Shown: in pieces, positions 14,301-27,690 of the stretch | Numbering within the stretch: position 1 is the stretch's first letter | How the letters are laid out: each line of letters opens with the position of its first letter | NCBI GenBank assembly: GCA_951406725.2 | Contig: OX597815.1 | Location: forward strand, 117,366,001-117,430,000 | Reading direction: 5' to 3' | Length of the DNA: 64,000 bases | From: Octopus vulgaris | Lineage: Eukaryota | Made by a program: the position numbers and the translations under genes | Notes under the pieces: model-generated | Database searches by the model: none | Seen by the model: the letters and a program-made list of their open reading frames with translations, nothing else | What the model was told of the DNA's origin: nothing

Positions 14301-17300
14301 AGCTATGCTCAATATATAGTGAGTAAAAGGAAATTGTAATAAAGTGTGGGAAAGAATAAAAATTCCATTTACTCTCAGTGCCAAAAATTCCAAACTGCTA
14401 TTCTTTTATTCTTTTATTCTTTTACTTGCTTCAGTCATTTGACTGAAGCAGCATTGTCAGGTGAAGTCATGCTGCCATGTGGCATGTCTTTGTTTTGCAG
14501 TGCTTCTTCCTTGTCTTTTGATTTTTGTGTTGGCTGAAACAAAGGGACGGCGTGCTTCTGTGAAATTCTGTTGTCTGCTGAGGAAAATAGCAGCCAAGAC
14601 AGTTGTCATGCTCCAAACAGCTTACAAGGATGCTGCCATGAACAAAACATAAGTTTATGAGTGGTTTCCACACTTTAGGAATGGTCACTGGTTGGTTGAA
14701 GACCAGTCTTGATCAGAGCAATTGTTGACCTACCAAATGATGGAAAACATCACGTAGATCCTGGGGGACCATCACTGAACAATTGACGAACTTGATATGA
14801 CTGATGTGTTCTGGAGCTCCTGCCAACGAATTTTAAGTGAGGAATTGTGAATGAAAAGAGTTGAAGCAAAATTTGTGCCTTGCTTGCTCATGGAAGATCA
14901 AAAGCAGTCACGACTGAATGCATGATCCTGCTTACCCACACTCCTTATTCACCCAATCTTGCTCCTTGCAACTTTTGTTGTTCCCCTGAATGAAAAAAGT
15001 TCTTAAAAGAAAACGTTTTGAATATGTGGAAGAGGTGAAGATAAAAACGACGGTTGTGTTAGAAGGCATCACTTCCCAAGTGTTCCAGGACTGTTTTGAA
15101 CTGTGGAAAATGCACCTCAACCAATGCATTGTTTCTAATGGAGAATACTTTGAAGGTAATAAAAGTGTAAACATATAAAACTATATGAATATAAAAGCAC
15201 TGCAAAATTCTGGTTTCTTTTGGGTACCCCCTCGTATGAAATTAATGAATTTTGATTTATTAAAAATTGATATTTGTGTTGTACAATTTTCTTTAACATA
15301 TATCACCAGAAAATGTAAGCACCATCTTATTAATCACCATTCTTCATTAACTGTGCCCTTGATCAAAAGAATTTATATGACATGAGAATCAAGAATATAT
15401 TATTATGTAACATATTGTGACTTACTTGCTGATATTTTCAGTTTTGCTTCTAGTTCTTGACAGATTGGGTTCATTAAGATGATAAATGCCATCAAGATAT
15501 GAAATGTGAAAGTCACTTGTACAACATGTAGCACAGGTCCCGTGGAAATAGTTTCTAAGATGTTAGGGGTTAATTTGGCACCATAAAGTAAATAGCCAGC
15601 CATTGGTACAGGTAAGTAAATCAACAATATTCCTGAAAAATATCACAGAAACTATATTTTATAACTAATAAAAACCTTGGTTAAATTGATGAAATCTTAT
15701 AAGACATGAACTTCTAAACATTTAATCCTTTTGTTACCAAATTTTTCTTTAAATACACTGCATCTGCTTCAATTAATTTTGAAAATAATGCAAAATTTAG
15801 TAAAGTAACTTTGTCATCATTAAGCAGATGTTTCAAACAAAACTTGAAAATTTGATGGCAGGTTTTAAGTTAGATCTCTTTAAAGCAGAAAGTTTGTATC
15901 CTAGAATCAAGGGTGGTCTCAGACAAGTTGGTATCAAAAATGTTAAAGGCCTAAATTAGTTTAGTTTTGAGATATAATACTGATAATTAACAACTTTTTA
16001 ATTTGTTCCAGAATTATTTGTTGTTTAATTTTTCTGTCTCTATACCTTTCTTCAAACACTGCAACATGAACTACTTGAAGTCCAGTATCACATTCTTGCT
16101 ATCAGACATGTTTTGGGATGGTGTGTCATATGTAGTTATTTGACTTCTATGGGACCTCTAGGTCACAGTCAATAAATGAGTCTACTAAGAGATGCTAGAG
16201 CACACCATGTTTCTAGCAGCCAACAGACCTATAGAAGTACAGTAATTTCTCTAGGACCTCTCAATGATGTAGAAACTTGTAGGATTTGGCACCTGTTCTC
16301 TGTGTCAAAACTTGAAAATTTGATGGCAGGTTTTTAGTTAGATCTCTTTAAAGCAGAAAGTTTGTATTCATGCCTCTAAGCTTCAAATTTTTTTGAGATG
16401 CACTATATATATTTAAGCACATATATATGTATGTAAATTATATACTAGCATACCATCCATATATTCACATACTACTCACATATCATTGGACTGTGGCCTT
16501 GCTGGAACACTATCTACTCTCATCTATTTGCTGATCATCACAAGACACTTCCTTGGCTAACTAACTCACTTGACCTAAACATCATATAGATAATCTATGG
16601 GGAATAACTAAAACGAAGATAGTCAATTTGAATTCCAGTTATCAGACAGAACTACAGACTGTTACTGAGATCAATCTAGGCTTTTACCACATCTGAGAAT
16701 TGTCACAGATTAGTTTTCTATATGCCATGAGATGTTCAGCTAAGAGATCTTCAAGCAATTACTAACTCACATTTTGTGCTCAGCTTTCAAAGTTTGATCA
16801 ATCCATTCTATTGAAATAACGCATTTTAGATGTTCATATATTATATCCTAATATAGGCATGAACAATCATATTTAACATGTTCATGTATATCTGGATGTA
16901 GAAGGATATACACTGCAGAATTTGTCACAAGAGAAAAATTCTCTTATTTCTCTGATGACTTTATTCATTGGGCTATAAATAATGACATTAGATTATAAGA
17001 CCAATGTAAATGTACCAATTACTGTTCAGTATAAGAATAACCTGTTCTTAGAGGCTATGAAGGGGGACTCAGTATTCTTGGCTAACACCACACAATAACA
17101 TGGAAATGCATACATTCTACACACTAATGATGTCATTCATAGCCCAATGGTATAAGGAGAATTTTTCTCTTGAGACAATTTCTGAAGCATAACCTTTTCC
17201 ATATCCATGTGTACGTAAACATGTTAAATTTTATTGCACACGTCTATATTTCATTCAACACTGCTTAGTGTACCTCTAACTAAAGCTTGACAAAGTTTTG

Positions 17301-20300
17301 TGCACATCAGCAAATGTACCATTTGCTGTTATAATATAAGAACAACCTGTCCCTAATGGTTATAAAGCATGACTTGATACCTGTAGCTGATGACACACAT
17401 TGACACAGAAATGCATGCATTATATGGTCTAACAATATCATTCATTGCTGAATGGTGTAAAGAATTTTTCTCTCAAGACAGTTCTGCAGTATATGTTTTT
17501 CCATGTCTGAGTATACACAAAACATGTTAAATATGATTGTAAACATATACATTTAATTCAAAACTGCATAGTGTACCTCTAAGCTTCATATTTTTTGAGA
17601 TGCACTATATAAATTTAAGTACATGTATATGTATGTAAATTATATACTAGCATATCATCCATATATTCACATACTACTCACATATCATTGAACTGTGGCC
17701 ATGCTGGAATACTACCTTCTCTCACATAATTGATTATATTGATTCCAGTACTGTATTGAGTGATACTGTGACATTTATTTTATTCATCATGAAAAGATGA
17801 AAAGTGGAATGAATCGGGATAGGATTTGAACTCAGAACATGAAGAAATACAACCAAATATCTAAGTATTTTGTTTGACACTCTACAGATTCTGCTACATG
17901 CTCATCATGTGTGTGTGTGTGTGTGTGTTGTGTGTGTGTGTGAGTGTGTGTATGTATATATATATATATATTTATATATATGTATGCATGTATGTATGTA
18001 TGTATGCATATGTACAAATTTGTGTGTTTTGTACTATGTATGTATTTTCATGCATATCGTTGCATATCTAGGCATGTTCATATATACTTAAATGATAAAC
18101 TTTTGAAAAGTTTTACAGATTTTTACAGTTCCAGTGATGGCTTGGATCTGTAGTCTCTGAATTAGCTTTCTCCTTTTTGGTTTTGAGAAGCTTAATTTCT
18201 CAAGATTAGTATTTAGGCAGTACATATTCCAGTACCCCAATAATTACAGGTATAAATCTGAACTTGTAATTTAGATAGAGTAACTGCAGATTTTTCAATA
18301 GTTCAGCGTAGGTATTCTCTTTTTCACTGATCTTCAGCTTTATGCTCACTCCCTCTTGGCAGCTGATTTCCATAACTATACACAGTTTCTCTCCTCTATC
18401 CCAAATCATTATATCAGGTCTGTTGTGCTTACATTCTATTAAGGTCTTCACTAGGACATTCCACCAGTACTTCTTTTTATTATGAGTGGCTATGGCTTCC
18501 ACCATACTGTGAGTTCTTATTTCTTTGTCCTCAGGGTTATCCTTCTGAGGGATCTTGTTATACAATGTCTTAACTACAACATCATGTCTCATCATGATGA
18601 TATTTTTGGACAACTGCTTATGATGTATGCATGCATGCATGTATGTATGTATGTATGTATGTATGTATGTATGTATGTATGTATGTATGTATGTATGTAT
18701 GTATGCATGCATGTATTTATGTATGCATGTCTGTTTGTCTGTCTGTCTGTATGTATCTGGTATTTGTATTTGAAGCAGTATTAAACTAAAATAGTCATCT
18801 GTGTATCACATGTCTGTTGTGTATATTCAACATTTACAAGCCTTTTTCTGTGCTATTGGTATTTATCCTATGATAGCATCTCTTATGTATGTATTAGGTT
18901 AAAAACACAACAAATATCTGAAGGTAACAAAAAAAAATCCCTCCATCAGTGGTCAGTAAAAATGCCAGATGCATTTTGTCCTTTTTTGGGCCTTTTCAAT
19001 GACATGTACTCAGAGCCAGCCATTTGCTTGGATGAGAATCCATCACCTCTGATCTAGGAAACAGTGAATAGAAGATTCCTGATATTTATTGTATTTCATA
19101 CTTAATGTTTCCCTGAACAGCTATTATTACATGAACTGTTATACTATAGAAAAGTAAAGCAAAAGAAATACATCACTCACCCATATATCCAAACATCAGA
19201 GATTTATTAAAATCTGAGCTGACCTTCATATCAGATTGGACAGTTAGGAAAAGAGAATGTCCAGTAAAAGCAAAACAGATGATACCAAAGGAAGATGCAA
19301 ATGTCCTAATTGTTGTAGTTTTATGTTCTACAGGTTGATTCATCAGGTCAGGAACATCCATAAGAATCACAGCAAGAAGAAGGAACATACTGATTATTGT
19401 AGCAGACATTCCTATAATTGGTATTACCCTGATGAAAGACACAGAAAATAATGAAATGGATTCAATATTTTTTTTTAAAAAGACTAGCAGCTGTACTCAG
19501 CCTTGCCTGAGTTTAGTTATGACTGAAATATATAATCATAATGAATTCTCTATATTTTGAAAACAATTCTGTTGTTTTACACAAAGATACTGTCAAATTT
19601 CAGTTGGTCTGGAATGTTGATTCTCTTAGAATTATTGCATTTAAAGAATTCAAAAGATGATTCAAATTGAGTACATATAACCTAAAATAAAATTATATTC
19701 ATATATTTTTTCCTAATTTTCTGGTTAAACCATATCTTTTCTTTTTTGTCTGAAAAACTAGTAATTTGATTAATCATCACCACCACCACCACCATCACTA
19801 CCACCACCATCATCGTTTAACGTCTGCTTTCCATGCTAGCATGGGTTGGATGATTTGACTGAAGACTGGTGAACTAGTTGGCTGCACCAGGCTCCAATCT
19901 GATCTGGCAGAGTCTCTACAGCTGGATGCCCTTCCTAACGCCAACCACTCTGAGAGTGTAGTGGGTGCATTTACATGCCACCGGCACGAGGGCCAGTCAG
20001 GTGGTACTGGCAACAGCCACGCTCAAATGGTGTTTTTTACATGCCACCTGCACAGGAGTCAGTGCAGCAGCACTGGCAACAACCTTGCTCGAATGTTTTT
20101 TCATGTGCCACTGGCACAAGTGCCAGTAAGGCAATGCTGGTAATGATCATGCTTTACTCTAATAAATTATTTTTCTAATCAGTAATTTTTTCCATTATAA
20201 TGCTTGTAGATAAATAATCATCTTAGTTTTTATGTCAAATGCAAGAATGAACAAATTTCAGGAAAAAGCCATATAGCCAATGTTCTCTATGTAAAAATGT

Positions 20301-23300
20301 GTCTCTGCAAAATTTCAATTCCCAAGGCAAAAAACTTTGGCCTGCAACTAGGAGTATACACAGTCATTTTTATATATTGATAAAGTTTTATTATTAAAGC
20401 AACTATATTCTTGTCTTGCAAACTACTTGGAAACTCTATGGTGCCAGTGCCACATAAAAAGCACTTGTGTTGGTACCTTGTTAAAAGCACTCATGCTGGC
20501 ACCATGTAAAAAAGTACCCATGCTGGCACTACATGAAAAGCACCCATGCTGGTGCCACATGAAAACAGCCTGTGCTGGCACCTTGTAAAAAGTACCCGCA
20601 CAAGCCCTATGTAAAAACACCCAGTACACTCTATAAAGTGGTTGGTGCTAGGAAGGGCATCCAGCCTTAGCAACGATGCCATAACAGACAACTGGAGACT
20701 GGTGCAGTCCTCTGGCTTTCCAGCTCCTGTCAAGCTGTCCAACCCATGCCAGCATGGAAAATGGATGATAAATGATGATAAGAATGATGAGTTATGGAGC
20801 CATAGGCAAACATCATCTAATGTCTGCTATGTGATAAGATTGCAGGAGTCAAATAATCTAGAGCCAAGTCAATCCACTCACACTATAATTGAGCTCCCCC
20901 TTAAGTGAAAATACGATACTGGTATACTGACTAAACAATGCTAATTCATCAATGCCATGGTCATCATTTAATGTCTGTGTTCTATGCTGGCATAGGTTGG
21001 ATCAGGATCTGAAAGATTGGAAGACTATACCATGCTCTAATTATCTGTTTCCACATGGTTTCTGTAGTTGGATACTCTTCTTAATGTTAACCATTTTATA
21101 GAGAGTACTGGCTGCCTTTTTGCAGCATCAACACCAGGAGGTTCCCATCTAACTCTTAAGACTATGATCTGCTTTGACTGAGTGGGGCTACAAAGAAGAG
21201 GGAAGCAGTTCAGCTTTATGCTAGGTAATGTAAGGTTAGAGTATGAAGAAAAGAGCCTAAAAAGGTTTCTTGCTGTAGAGGAGACAAATAACCTCTCACA
21301 TTATACAATGATGTTGGGAAGTAATGAAGCTGGAAAGAAAGATAAAAATGATGGTGATAAGATATCAGGGTAGATTCTGGGGAAAGAATTCTGAGATGAA
21401 TTTCATGTAAATATTTAGGGTGGCTGAGGGTTGAAAATAATCAGAAAGCTTGTATTGAAAATCTTGTTTTATTAAAACTGATAACTAGGTATATTTTTAA
21501 TAAATAGTTATATTATACAGATAAGCAATTATAACAACAATTATAAAGATAAAGAGTAATGATTTTACTAACCAGAAGTCTTTTGGAGTTCCACAAAAAC
21601 AGATTGGCAGCAAGCAGCCAGCGAGAAGTAAGAGAATAAAACAGTAGGAGACTTCTTGCTCAAAGTATACTTGCTCGACAAATTTATGTATGTTGTTGGC
21701 AGCAAGTAATAGGAAGACAACACAGCCACCAAACAAAGTAAAGTTAACACTGATGGATATTGCTAATCTGTCAAAGAAGAAACGAGATAACAACATAAAC
21801 GGTTAATGGTACAATTACAATATTAGGAATCTTATGTCATCAAATAGCGACCCATTTGCCATACATTACACTTATATCTATATACTCCATGTAAATGAGG
21901 GAGGCTCTAGGTAGTCATGCAAGCTGCTAGAAATAGCAACCAAATTCATATGATAAGAGTATTATATTAATTTAGTTGCTGTTTTAAAAAAGAAAAGAAA
22001 TAGTGGCTGATGTCACTTCATCATTTTGGAGCTAGGTTTTAATTTAGATACTTTAAAATAGAAAGTTAATATCACAGAACCAGGTGTCAGTTTTAGGTGG
22101 CCCAGAATGTCATTGAGCATTGAGCTGTTGAATCAAAGTTGTATAGGGCTAAGCAGCAACAACAAGTGGAGGCGCAATGGCTTAATGGTTAGGGCAGCGG
22201 ACTCATGGTCAGAGGATCGCGGTTTCAATTCCCAGAATGGGCATTGTGTGTGTTTATTGAGTGAAAACACCTAAAGCTCCACGAGGCTCTGGCAGGGGGT
22301 GGTGGTGAGCTCTGTTGTACTCGTTCACTCCAACTTTCTCTCACTCTTTCTTCCTGTTTCTTGTCCCCGACTTCCTACACAACCGCTGAGCCTGGATGCA
22401 CATTCATCCATCCGTCGATGCTCTCGGTGTTGGGGGTTGACCTGCTTGCTCTTCTGCGGGTCTTACGAATAGCAAAGGACCACGTTTCGGTCTTCTCTCA
22501 CTACAGAAGACCGCTTCGCTCAACATCAACATCAGCAGCAACAACCTCTATACTCACAAATATCTGCATGCACTTACAGATGTTTATACATTTACACATG
22601 CACATCAAAATACTTCCCCATGCATACACACCACATATACATAAACCCCATAACCCCACCCCGCACACACATGTGAGTTTGCACATTGTTCTCTTTTCTT
22701 TTCTTTTTGTTCTGCAGAATGTAATGTTTGTAGACAATGTTTTCTGGTTTTCCATTCAGACGAAATATTCTATACTGAATAAGAGTAGAAAAAAAAAAAA
22801 TTCAAAAAGACTTGGTCTAAATGAATTCAATTTTGTTACTTTCAATAATTCTGCAATCTATTTTCCCAGGTTATGTTAGCTTTTGTTGCATCCTCATCAT
22901 TTAACGTCTGTTGTCCATGCTGGCATGGGTTGGACTGTTTGACCAGGGCTGGCAAGCTGGATGGCTGCACCAGACTCTGGTCTGATTTAGCAAGGTATCT
23001 ACAGCTGGATGCCCTCCTTTATACCAATCACTCTGAGAGTGTAATGGGTGCTTTTATGTGCCACCAATACAGGTGCCATTTGCATGACACCTGTTCCTGC
23101 CATGACTGCTATTTTGCTTGGCTTGACGGGTCTTCTTCTCAAGCTTGACATAATGCCAAAGGTCTTGGTCATTGCTTCCGAGAGGCCCAATACTCGAGTG
23201 CAAGTATGTGTAACTTTAGATCATATTATACTATTATGTAATTTAGAAAATTTACCTTGTTTACAATTAGTGCTTTTACAGAGTTCTCTCTTGACTTGAT

Positions 23301-24474
23301 TCTCACATATATATGACGGGCTTCTTTCAGTTTCCATCTACCAAATCCACTCACAAAGCTTTGGTCAGCCCAATGCTATAGTAGAAGACACTTGCCCAAG
23401 GTGCCACGCAGTGGGACTGAACCCAGAACCATGTGGTTGGTAAGCAAGCTACTTACCACACAGCCACTCTTGCGCCTATAGCTGCATCTTAATTCATAAT
23501 TAACAAGTCTTTCCAATGATGAATTAATTTCTATTACTTTTAAAGAAATATATCAATAAAACAGTTGGATATTTACCCTCCATATTTTCCAAAAGTTGCT
23601 TTTGCTAGTGCTGGGTAAGGGTATCGATTTTGGCGTATACTCTGTTCATCTGGAATTCGACTTTGGAAGATACGCCAGCATTTGGAGAGAACCATTCCAG
23701 TGTAGGCACAGGTAACACAGCAGATAATAACCAATGGAATGCCCATCCAACCTGAATATACAAGACACTATTTAATAAACAGCAGTGCACAGTGCTACTG
23801 AGGCTAAAAGATGCTGACACTTTTACACACACACACATACACACAAACAAATGCCGCACACATACTTTTCACATGTATGCACTCTATAGCAAAAGAGGGA
23901 GCCTCTAAATGTTTCCTGACTTGCAAAAATAGTAGCCAAATCTTCAGATCGTATGCTACCACCTTAGACTGAGCAATGATACATAAGATAATGTAATTGC
24001 AGATAATCCTAAAAAGACAGGTTGGTCACTGTTGGAATGCCTTTGACCATAGATTTGATTAATCTTGATTAACATAGGATTAAAGAGCAATAACAACATA
24101 TGCTATCATATTCTTTCTTCCTGTACCTTCTTACTCCTCAGTACGGTCTCTCTCTCTCTCTCTCTCTCTCCACCTCTCTCTCAGTATCTTCTCTCTTACT
24201 CAGAACTTCTCACTTACTCAGCACCTTCTCTGACCATAGTACACACTCTCTCTCTTTGGTACCTTTACTCTCTCTGGTACACCCCCTCTCTCAGTCTCAC
24301 TTTCTCTCAAATTAAGAATATAAGAGAATTTTCTGGTAAAACTTGACAAAAAAAAAGCTCACCGGCATCTTCAATAGCTTTTGGTAATGTCAGTAGACCA
24401 CTTCCTGCAATTTCGGCAATTATGAAGAACGTAGCTTGAGGTACCGTCAATCCACTTTGTCGTGCGTTTTTTGT
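11197..24474 (-). CDS. Amino-acid transporter, Aa_trans/AAAP family (SLC32/36/38-related, AVT1-like); span of the 7 well-supported coding exons
   Basis: Exons 24363-24474, 23577-23751, 21573-21767, 19181-19428, 15426-15632, 12825-13014 and 11197-11347 have AG/GT boundaries and splice in frame with no internal stop. Family motifs include FIIAEIAGSGLLTLPKA (TM1), RYPYP, FAFTGHSLFLTVQSDMK, AGYLLYG and FPDFDSILSLIGGSAITILTFIFP. Confidence 0.93.
12825..13014 (-). CDS. Transporter exon (FNIKRIMSRSLVMLCIVFIAETFPDF...KGDWEP)
   Basis: Acceptor tttcag, donor gtaagt, 190 nt. Lies within ORF 12821..13135. Confidence 0.92.
13165..13590 (-). mobile_element. CR1-like LINE 3' fragment
   Basis: Minus-strand translation SNTHGHAYKVRKQHSSHDFRKHFFMLRVAEVWNKL resembles the CR1 ORF2 C-terminus (TRGH..K...FF..RV...WN.LP). 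Confidence 0.75.
14460..15236 (+). mobile_element. Decayed, internally deleted mariner transposon
   Basis: HTH remnant RASVKFCCLLRKIAAKTVVMLQTAYKDAAM, AKFVP (WVPH-like), PYSPNLAPCNFLLFP (YSPDLAP motif), and a right end ...GTACCCCCTCGTA. Contains stops and frameshifts. Confidence 0.88.
15426..15632 (-). CDS. Transporter exon (ILLIYLPVPMAGYLLYG...ELEAKLKISA)
   Basis: Acceptor tttttcag, donor gtaagt, 207 nt. Overlaps ORF 15403..15627. Confidence 0.92.
15722..15946. mobile_element. TTAA-flanked piggyBac-like MITE family (copies also about 4725-4940 and 13640-13865)
   Basis: Three about 220-bp homologous copies with ends resembling TTAACCCTTT...AAAGGGTTAA. Confidence 0.6.
18090..18620 (-). mobile_element. 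3' fragment of an RLE-endonuclease non-LTR retrotransposon (R2/R4/NeSL group)
   Basis: ORF 18206..18712 has RHDVVVK, YWWN, KHNRPDIMIWD, EIS, EKENTY and IPVIIGVL. It abuts a (TACA)n tract. Confidence 0.82.
19181..19428 (-). CDS. Transporter exon (VIPIIGMSATIISM...FAFTGHSLFLTVQSDMK...FGYM)
   Basis: Acceptor ctttcatcag, donor gtgagt, 248 nt. Lies within ORF 19173..19442. Confidence 0.93.
19808..20150 (-). mobile_element. 3'-UTR-only copy of the RTE LINE (related copies about 12105-12305 +, 20440-20790 +, 20962-21140 -, 22893-23195 -)
   Basis: Shares catcatcgtttaacgtc...ccatgctagcatgggttgga...ctggatgcccttcctaacgccaaccact with 7995-8300. Confidence 0.85.
21573..21767 (-). CDS. Transporter exon (LAISISVNFTLFGGCVVFLLLAA...GTPKDF)
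   Basis: Acceptor tttgacag, donor gttagt, 195 nt. Lies within ORF 21497..21796. Confidence 0.92.
23577..23751 (-). CDS. Transporter exon (WMGIPLVIICCVTCAYTGMVLSKCW...RYPYPALAKATFGKYG)
   Basis: Acceptor attcag, donor gtaaat, 175 nt. Open in the frame set by its neighbours. Confidence 0.92.
24363..24474 (-). CDS. Transporter exon (TKNARQSGLTVPQATFFIIAEIAGSGLLTLPKAIEDA)
   Basis: Acceptor ttattttag, donor gtgagc, 112 nt. Carries the TM1 G-x-G-L-L-x-L-P motif of Aa_trans proteins. Confidence 0.92.
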
Positions 24475-24652
24475 CTAAAATAAACATTAGGGTATCAAAA
24501 TACACATATTGTAATATATCAAAAATTCTCTCCTAAGGAGATTACTTCCACTTCAGGCCCATAAAATAGTTCAGCCATAATCTGTTGATGATTTTCCACA
24601 ACCCTCAAGTGCTAAGATGCTATGTACATTAGAAGCGCCCATTCATATAACT

Positions 24653-24965
24653 CAGGGGTTGGCAAACTGGGGTACATTAACCCAAGTGGAGTAAAAATGA
24701 AATTCTTGGGGGTAATGGAGACTCATTAGACATTAGTAAAATTATATAAAAAAAACATGTTCCTTGTTACAAACAAATTTTTTCTTCTGGTAACACTGCA
24801 TCTGTTCAATGTAATAGACGAGTAAAGAGATTCATATAAATAGATTTGATAAACCTTTTGAGTTCAAAGAATCTATGGCTTTCTTCCTTTCAAATTAAGG
24901 GGGTAATGTTGGTGTAAATAAATATATTTTAAGGGTAATTGGTTAAAAAAGTAACCCGACCCGTG
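24653..24965. mobile_element. hAT (Charlie-like) MITE
   Basis: Left end CAGGGGTTGGCAAAC, degenerate right end ...CCCGACCCGTG, and partly matching 8-bp flanks (atataact / gagtaact). Confidence 0.55.
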
Positions 24966-26373
24966 GAGTAACTAGAACAGCCTAGCTGCTATCCATACAA
25001 AGAACGTAGATCACAAAAATACTCCACGAACAAAAATCATAAACATTCAGTTGATTGACAAAGACTCATCTATCTGCCTGTTCGTCTGTCCGTCTGTTCT
25101 AGAATAATTTTAAATATGTCTAAATAGCAATTGCCTGTTGAAAGGGTCTGACAAATAATTAAAAGCATAACACAATGTTGGTGTCAATATTATCTATAAA
25201 AATAAGGTGGCGAACTTAGTGGTATTTTGTCTGTCTTTACATTCTGAGTTCAAATTCCACCGAGGTCAACTTTGCCTTTCATCTTTCCGGGGTCGATAAA
25301 TTAAGTACCAGTTGTGTACTGGGGTCGATCTAATCGACTGGCCCCCACCCCCAAAATTTCGTGCCTTGTGCCTAGAGTAGAAAAGAATATTATCTATAAA
25401 AATATCTGAGAAAATTGATTGCCAGGATTAAAAGAGCATCTTCTCTGCTTGCAATATTAGGTCAGAACCCAAGAATATGATACTAGAACTTAACCAATTT
25501 TAATGTCCACATTTAAAATTAGTTTTTTTTTTTTTTGCTTAACGTCCATTTCTTCCATCCTTGCATGGGTTAAACAGGGAGTTGTTTGAGGCAAGAGTCA
25601 GCAGTCCGATACTCATCCCAATTCTTGTTTTTCATGTAAGAAATTTCTTTTATTCCAAAGAAATAGTAACTGTTTTATAGCTCAGCCACAGTAACCTTTG
25701 TAAAAATTCACACTGTCACACACACATACACACACACACACACACACATATAAATACAAACACGCACACATATATATATATTTACAAACACATATATACT
25801 TATATGATGGCTGTCTATTTGTGACCGAGGAAGACCATCGCAGACCATTGCCCATGCAAAATGTCAGTAGTACCTGAGCATAAGGTTATTGCACCCGTGA
25901 TCGGTTTCATCTGGGCTCATGTCCACGGTGCCCTTCTACTGGACTGAGTATCGGAAAGTCAACTCATTGGTGACTGTACAACTTACAATTTTGGGTCCAA
26001 TAAGGCTTGCACAACACCTCACAGACCATCTCCACCCTATTGACTTGATTCAGAGACAAGCCAGGGCAGGACATCCAGTGCCAATATTGGTCAAAGGCTA
26101 AGGAATGTGGAAGCACTATAGTCTCGAGCGCATGCAAAAGATTCCTAAAATGTCCAATGCTATTCCCTATATCAATGTTATATATATATATATATATATG
26201 TGTGTAGGAGAGTTTACGAAAAAAACAAAAGACGAAGACAGGCGGTGTACAAAACAAACAGATGTATTAGTATAACGCTCAGGAATAGAAAAAGTCTTTT
26301 GCGTTTCGCGCCTACTCTCTTCTACAGAAAGGGACACAGAAAAAACAAGGAGAGAAAAAATTGTGTGTAGTGG

Positions 26374-26418
<45 letters not shown>

Positions 26419-26498
26419 AAAGAATGGTGAACCTAGTGTAAGTTAAACAAAGTTAAAAGATCTCCAAAATGTCCAATGCTATTCCCTATATCAATGTT

Positions 26499-26537
<39 letters not shown>

Positions 26538-26541
<4 letters not shown>

Positions 26542-27380
26542 CTGCTGTACCCGGTAATTCCCGGGGGTAAAGATGTTCTATTGAAACGCCTTATTACTCT
26601 GATATAAGAAAGCAATTTCATTATAACAGCTACAAAAGGTGTATTTTCTGTCACGAAAAAGTACAAAAACTGTCAGCTGGAGGAGGGAGAGATTGTCGGA
26701 GGTTGTCTAGAGAGGTTGTCGGAGGTTGTCTAGAGAGGTTGTCGGAGGTTGTCTAGAGAGGTTTTCGGAGGTTGTCGAGAGAGGTTGTCGTTCACAGAAA
26801 GACTATTGTTTTACCGTGAGAAAAGCGCTGTTGAAGTGTTAAGTGAAATTTGACAATCGAGGATCGAATCCACGTTATGACTGCATGAAGCCACTACAAA
26901 TACGTAGTAGAAAAATTATCTTCTATCACGGAGAAAGTGTAATTGTAAAAATGCTGAATTATCGGAGTAATGGGCATTCAAAAAAGTATGTATGTATAGA
27001 AATATATGAATGAAGAGATTCAAATTAAGGAAGTGCAATAATAATGTTTAGCAGTTCAAAACTGCGAATAGTGAAATGCAGAATTAGGTCGGCTGATCGT
27101 GAGAATCAAATATCGATCGCATCGCTAAAAACTGCAGGTGGCATGGGTTATTTTTATTGGGTTGTTTAAATAAAATATTAGTAATATGTAGTAGATAGAA
27201 GGATCCATTGGATGGGCCCTATTATCGATTTTTTTTCAACAATCTAAGTATGCCACGAGGTTTCCAGACAAGAGTTTGACTAACGTGTCAGGTTTCATCA
27301 AAATCAATAAAACGATGTAGGAGGAGTTAGATAACAACGCCACACACAAACACACACCGGTTTTCCACATATGTAGTATA
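26538..27380 (-). mobile_element. Non-autonomous Helitron-like element
   Basis: The minus-strand 3' end has a CCCGG-gaatta-CCGGG hairpin followed by CTAA. Its termini are shared with 47532-48408. It has an internal 23-bp tandem repeat at about 26690-26790 and sits in (TA)n. Confidence 0.7.
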
Positions 27381-27391
27381 TATATATATAT

Positions 27392-27690
27392 AAAGATGAA
27401 TGAACCTAGTGTAAGTTAAAAAATAATCATTGCAATGGCCCTCAGAAATTCCGAGTTGGTATTCGGCGTGGAGGAAGATCGCTGCGAGTGACACAACCCT
27501 TGACTTTTGTTAAAGTATGTCCCTAGGAGAAGCTAACTCTGATATAAAAGCTAGAGACATGCTTTAACAAAAGCCGAGGGATATCTCACTCTCAGTGGTC
27601 TTTCACCACGCCGGATACCAACCCGGAATTTCTGAGGACCCTTGCTATGATAATTGTTTAACTTACACTAGGTTCATTCGTCCTTTTGAC
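27392..27690. repeat. Long imperfect foldback
   Basis: gaatgaacctagtgtaagttaaa...cttttgttaaag pairs with ctttaacaaaag...tttaacttacactaggttcattc. Confidence 0.9.

Noticed and set aside
20440-20640. Array of about six 30-bp repeats (gctggcaccatgtaaaaagcaccc) resembling a CRISPR array
   Set aside because: There are no unique spacers and no cas genes, and the context is eukaryotic. It is the tandem region of the RTE-derived 3' UTR repeat.
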